Shown one piece after another: positions 61,813 to 64,000 of a stretch of DNA of 64,000 nt. Every line of letters begins with the position of its first letter. The stretch's first letter is position 1. Below the pieces are notes generated by a model. It had not been told where the DNA came from. It searched no databases and was given only the letters and a program-made list of their open reading frames with translations. The position numbers were made by a program, and so were the translations under genes. This stretch comes from Paraspadella gotoi (Eukaryota > Animalia > Chaetognatha), in contig CM119269.1 in NCBI GenBank assembly GCA_051294375.1, forward strand, positions 1,566,537 through 1,630,536. The letters run 5' to 3'.

Positions 61813-64000
61813 GCGAGGCATCACACTTTTTCCTCTGAGGAAGAAGAGAGAACCGAATATGATTCGGTCTAAGAGGCAGGAAAGGAATTTGACGTAAGAA
61901 AAGAGGAGATAAAAAGAGAACAGAAAAAACTTGGTAAAATAAAAACGAAAGATAAAAGCAGAGAATTGAAGAGAGAAGAAAAAGGAACAAAGCTGGGAAA
62001 AAACCTCGCGTAAACATTGAGAGAAGAAAAGGGAAAAAATAGAATGTGGACTGTGGAGTGTGGACTGTGGAGTGTGAAGGACGTGAGAAGCCTTTTGCGA
62101 GATTTTGCGAAGGCAAAGAGAGAAGACGTTTCACGCTAACCGGATACGAATGGTAACAGCGACCGTTGACCCCGAGGTCAAAGAAAAGGTTCGGGAATCG
62201 AACTAATGAGGTCGGGAACGTCGAGGGTCGCTGACCTTCCAAGTTGCAGAAAAGGAAAGAAAAAGAGAAGCGTGAAAAGTTATTTCATTTCTCTTATCTC
62301 GCTTAAAAAATATAATTATGATGAATCTTCGACTATAAAGAACATTTTTTACTCTACACTTCTTAATTACTTTCTCTAATCTCTCTTCCACTTCTCCTTT
62401 TTTTCCCTTTTCCTTATTTCCCCTTTCTCCTTTTTTTCCCCTTTCCTTTCGCCCCTTTCCCCTTTTTAACTCGGTCGTTTCTCCCTTCCCCTCCAGGAAT
62501 TAAGTCCGTTCAAATCCATTACTTCGTGAAGAAAAACGTGAGACCGAAAGGATTTCTGCTTCACTACCGACGAATCACGAGGGAGATGATGGTGTCGCAC
62601 GAAGGGGTGGAAGGAGGAGGGGGTGGTGGGGGTGGCGAAGAAGATAAAGAAAGCGGAATGGAGACGCGAAGGCCAGGCGAGTCGTTGTTGTTGTTGTCTT
62701 TTCAGTTAAAGGTCGTAATTGTTTATGTTTACAAGTGAGTAAACAAACAAATCCTTACAACGTTTCGCGTGACGTCATGAGCGCGTTGAATTATAAATCG
62801 AAAATGGCTGAAAGACGAAGTCATCAAGGCTCATGGCAGATGCAAGGGTTGTTGCGCAACGTAGGGGATTCGTGTTTTNNNNNNNNNNNNNNNNNNNNNN
62901 NNNNNNNNNNNNNNNNNNNNNNNNNNNNNNNNNNNNNNNNNNNNNNNNNNNNNNNNNNNNNNNNNNNNNNNNNNNNNNNNNNNNNNNNNNNNNNNNNNNN
63001 NNNNNNTTTAGTTTGAATCTATTTTTATTTTATGCGACATATCTTTTTTAAAAAATTTTAACTTCTTTTCGATTCGTTTTGGTTTAGTTTTGTTTCTTGA
63101 AAAAAAAAGTGATATATGTTACAATTCAAATTTTCCTATAACCACGAAAAAAAAACATTCAAAAGTTTTGATGGCCTAAAAACATTCAAATCCTGAACGA
63201 TTTCAAATCGCTTTCTCGATTCAGCCGATCACCGTAGCGCCCTCAGCGGCAGCAGCGGCGGCAGCGGCGGCAGCGGCGGCGGACTAAGAGGCGACGTCTT
63301 GATCGGCGTCGTTCTCGGCGGCGGCGCCCTTATTTTGGCGGCGGCGCTGGCGATCGTCGCCATCTGCTACAAACAGAGGAACAACTTGGAAAAGCGAAAT
63401 CTGATGTCCGCCCCTTCGATGGGTAAGTTCGCGGGTGAGGAAGCGGGGTAAGTCGTTAGAAGAATTCCGATTTGACTTTAACACCCTCCGCTCATCCACA
63501 CCCCCGTCCAACACCCCGACCTTTGCCACCCCCAGCTTCCTCTTACGGACTTCGGGCTGAATCCATCGGCTACAACTCATCTACCGCGACGACGACGACG
63601 ACGATGACGACGACGAATTCCGCGTCTCTGCCTCCGTGGACGATGGCGCTGCCCGCCATCAACAACCCTGTATTTGCCGAGGATCAGGGATTCTACAGGG
63701 TGAGTTAAATTAGAATACCATAAATATGTTTCGTTCCATTCTTCACGGGACAATCTCAATTCGAAATCCGTTTCACAGCCAAAAAAAAAACTTATTTATA
63801 AGATTGAATTTATCGAATTAATTAATCTCTTAATCTCCCAATATTTAGAGGAATCGACGAACATCGAAGCAGGGAGAACTTAACACAGACGCCGGTTACA
63901 GCCGGGGTGATCCTGAAGTCACTAGTTACATCCGCGGGAACCCAGATTCGGCGAGTTACATTCAGGGAAACCCCGAAGACGCTGGTTACGGTAGAACTGA
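61500..64000 (+). repeat. Duplicate of 55300-57735 (receptor 3' exons), continues past the window end
   Basis: Restarts at gcaaagtagatttcat immediately after an (AG)n tract; near-identical. Confidence 0.9.

Overview
Eukaryotic (invertebrate animal-like) genomic DNA: GC/CpG-rich exons, AT- and microsatellite-rich introns, some introns only ~33-50 nt. The assembly is error-prone (homopolymer frameshifts, five gaps of exactly 25 N, four near-identical direct duplications), so most of the ORF track is noise and genes were rebuilt by hand from splice sites. Genes: (1) a triplicated low-complexity multi-exon + strand gene (1-12.3 kb); (2) a small - strand candidate neuropeptide precursor missed by the ORF track (14.1-14.6 kb); (3) a LicD/FKRP-family type II membrane protein with a degenerate DxD motif (15.9-18.6 kb); (4) a >37 kb - strand ADAM gene (UNC-71/mind-meld-like, catalytic Glu replaced by Ala); (5) a SUEL-lectin/CUB/TM receptor nested on the opposite strand in an ADAM intron. 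Mobile DNA: a 630-bp miniature LTR retrotransposon (TRIM) whose LTRs carry a tRNA-like Pol III module, with a tRNA-Trp-like PBS, PPT and 4-bp TSD, present as both full element and solo LTR at the same site; a second family of structured solo-LTR-like elements with two divergent subfamilies; and a DINE-1/Helentron-like element.
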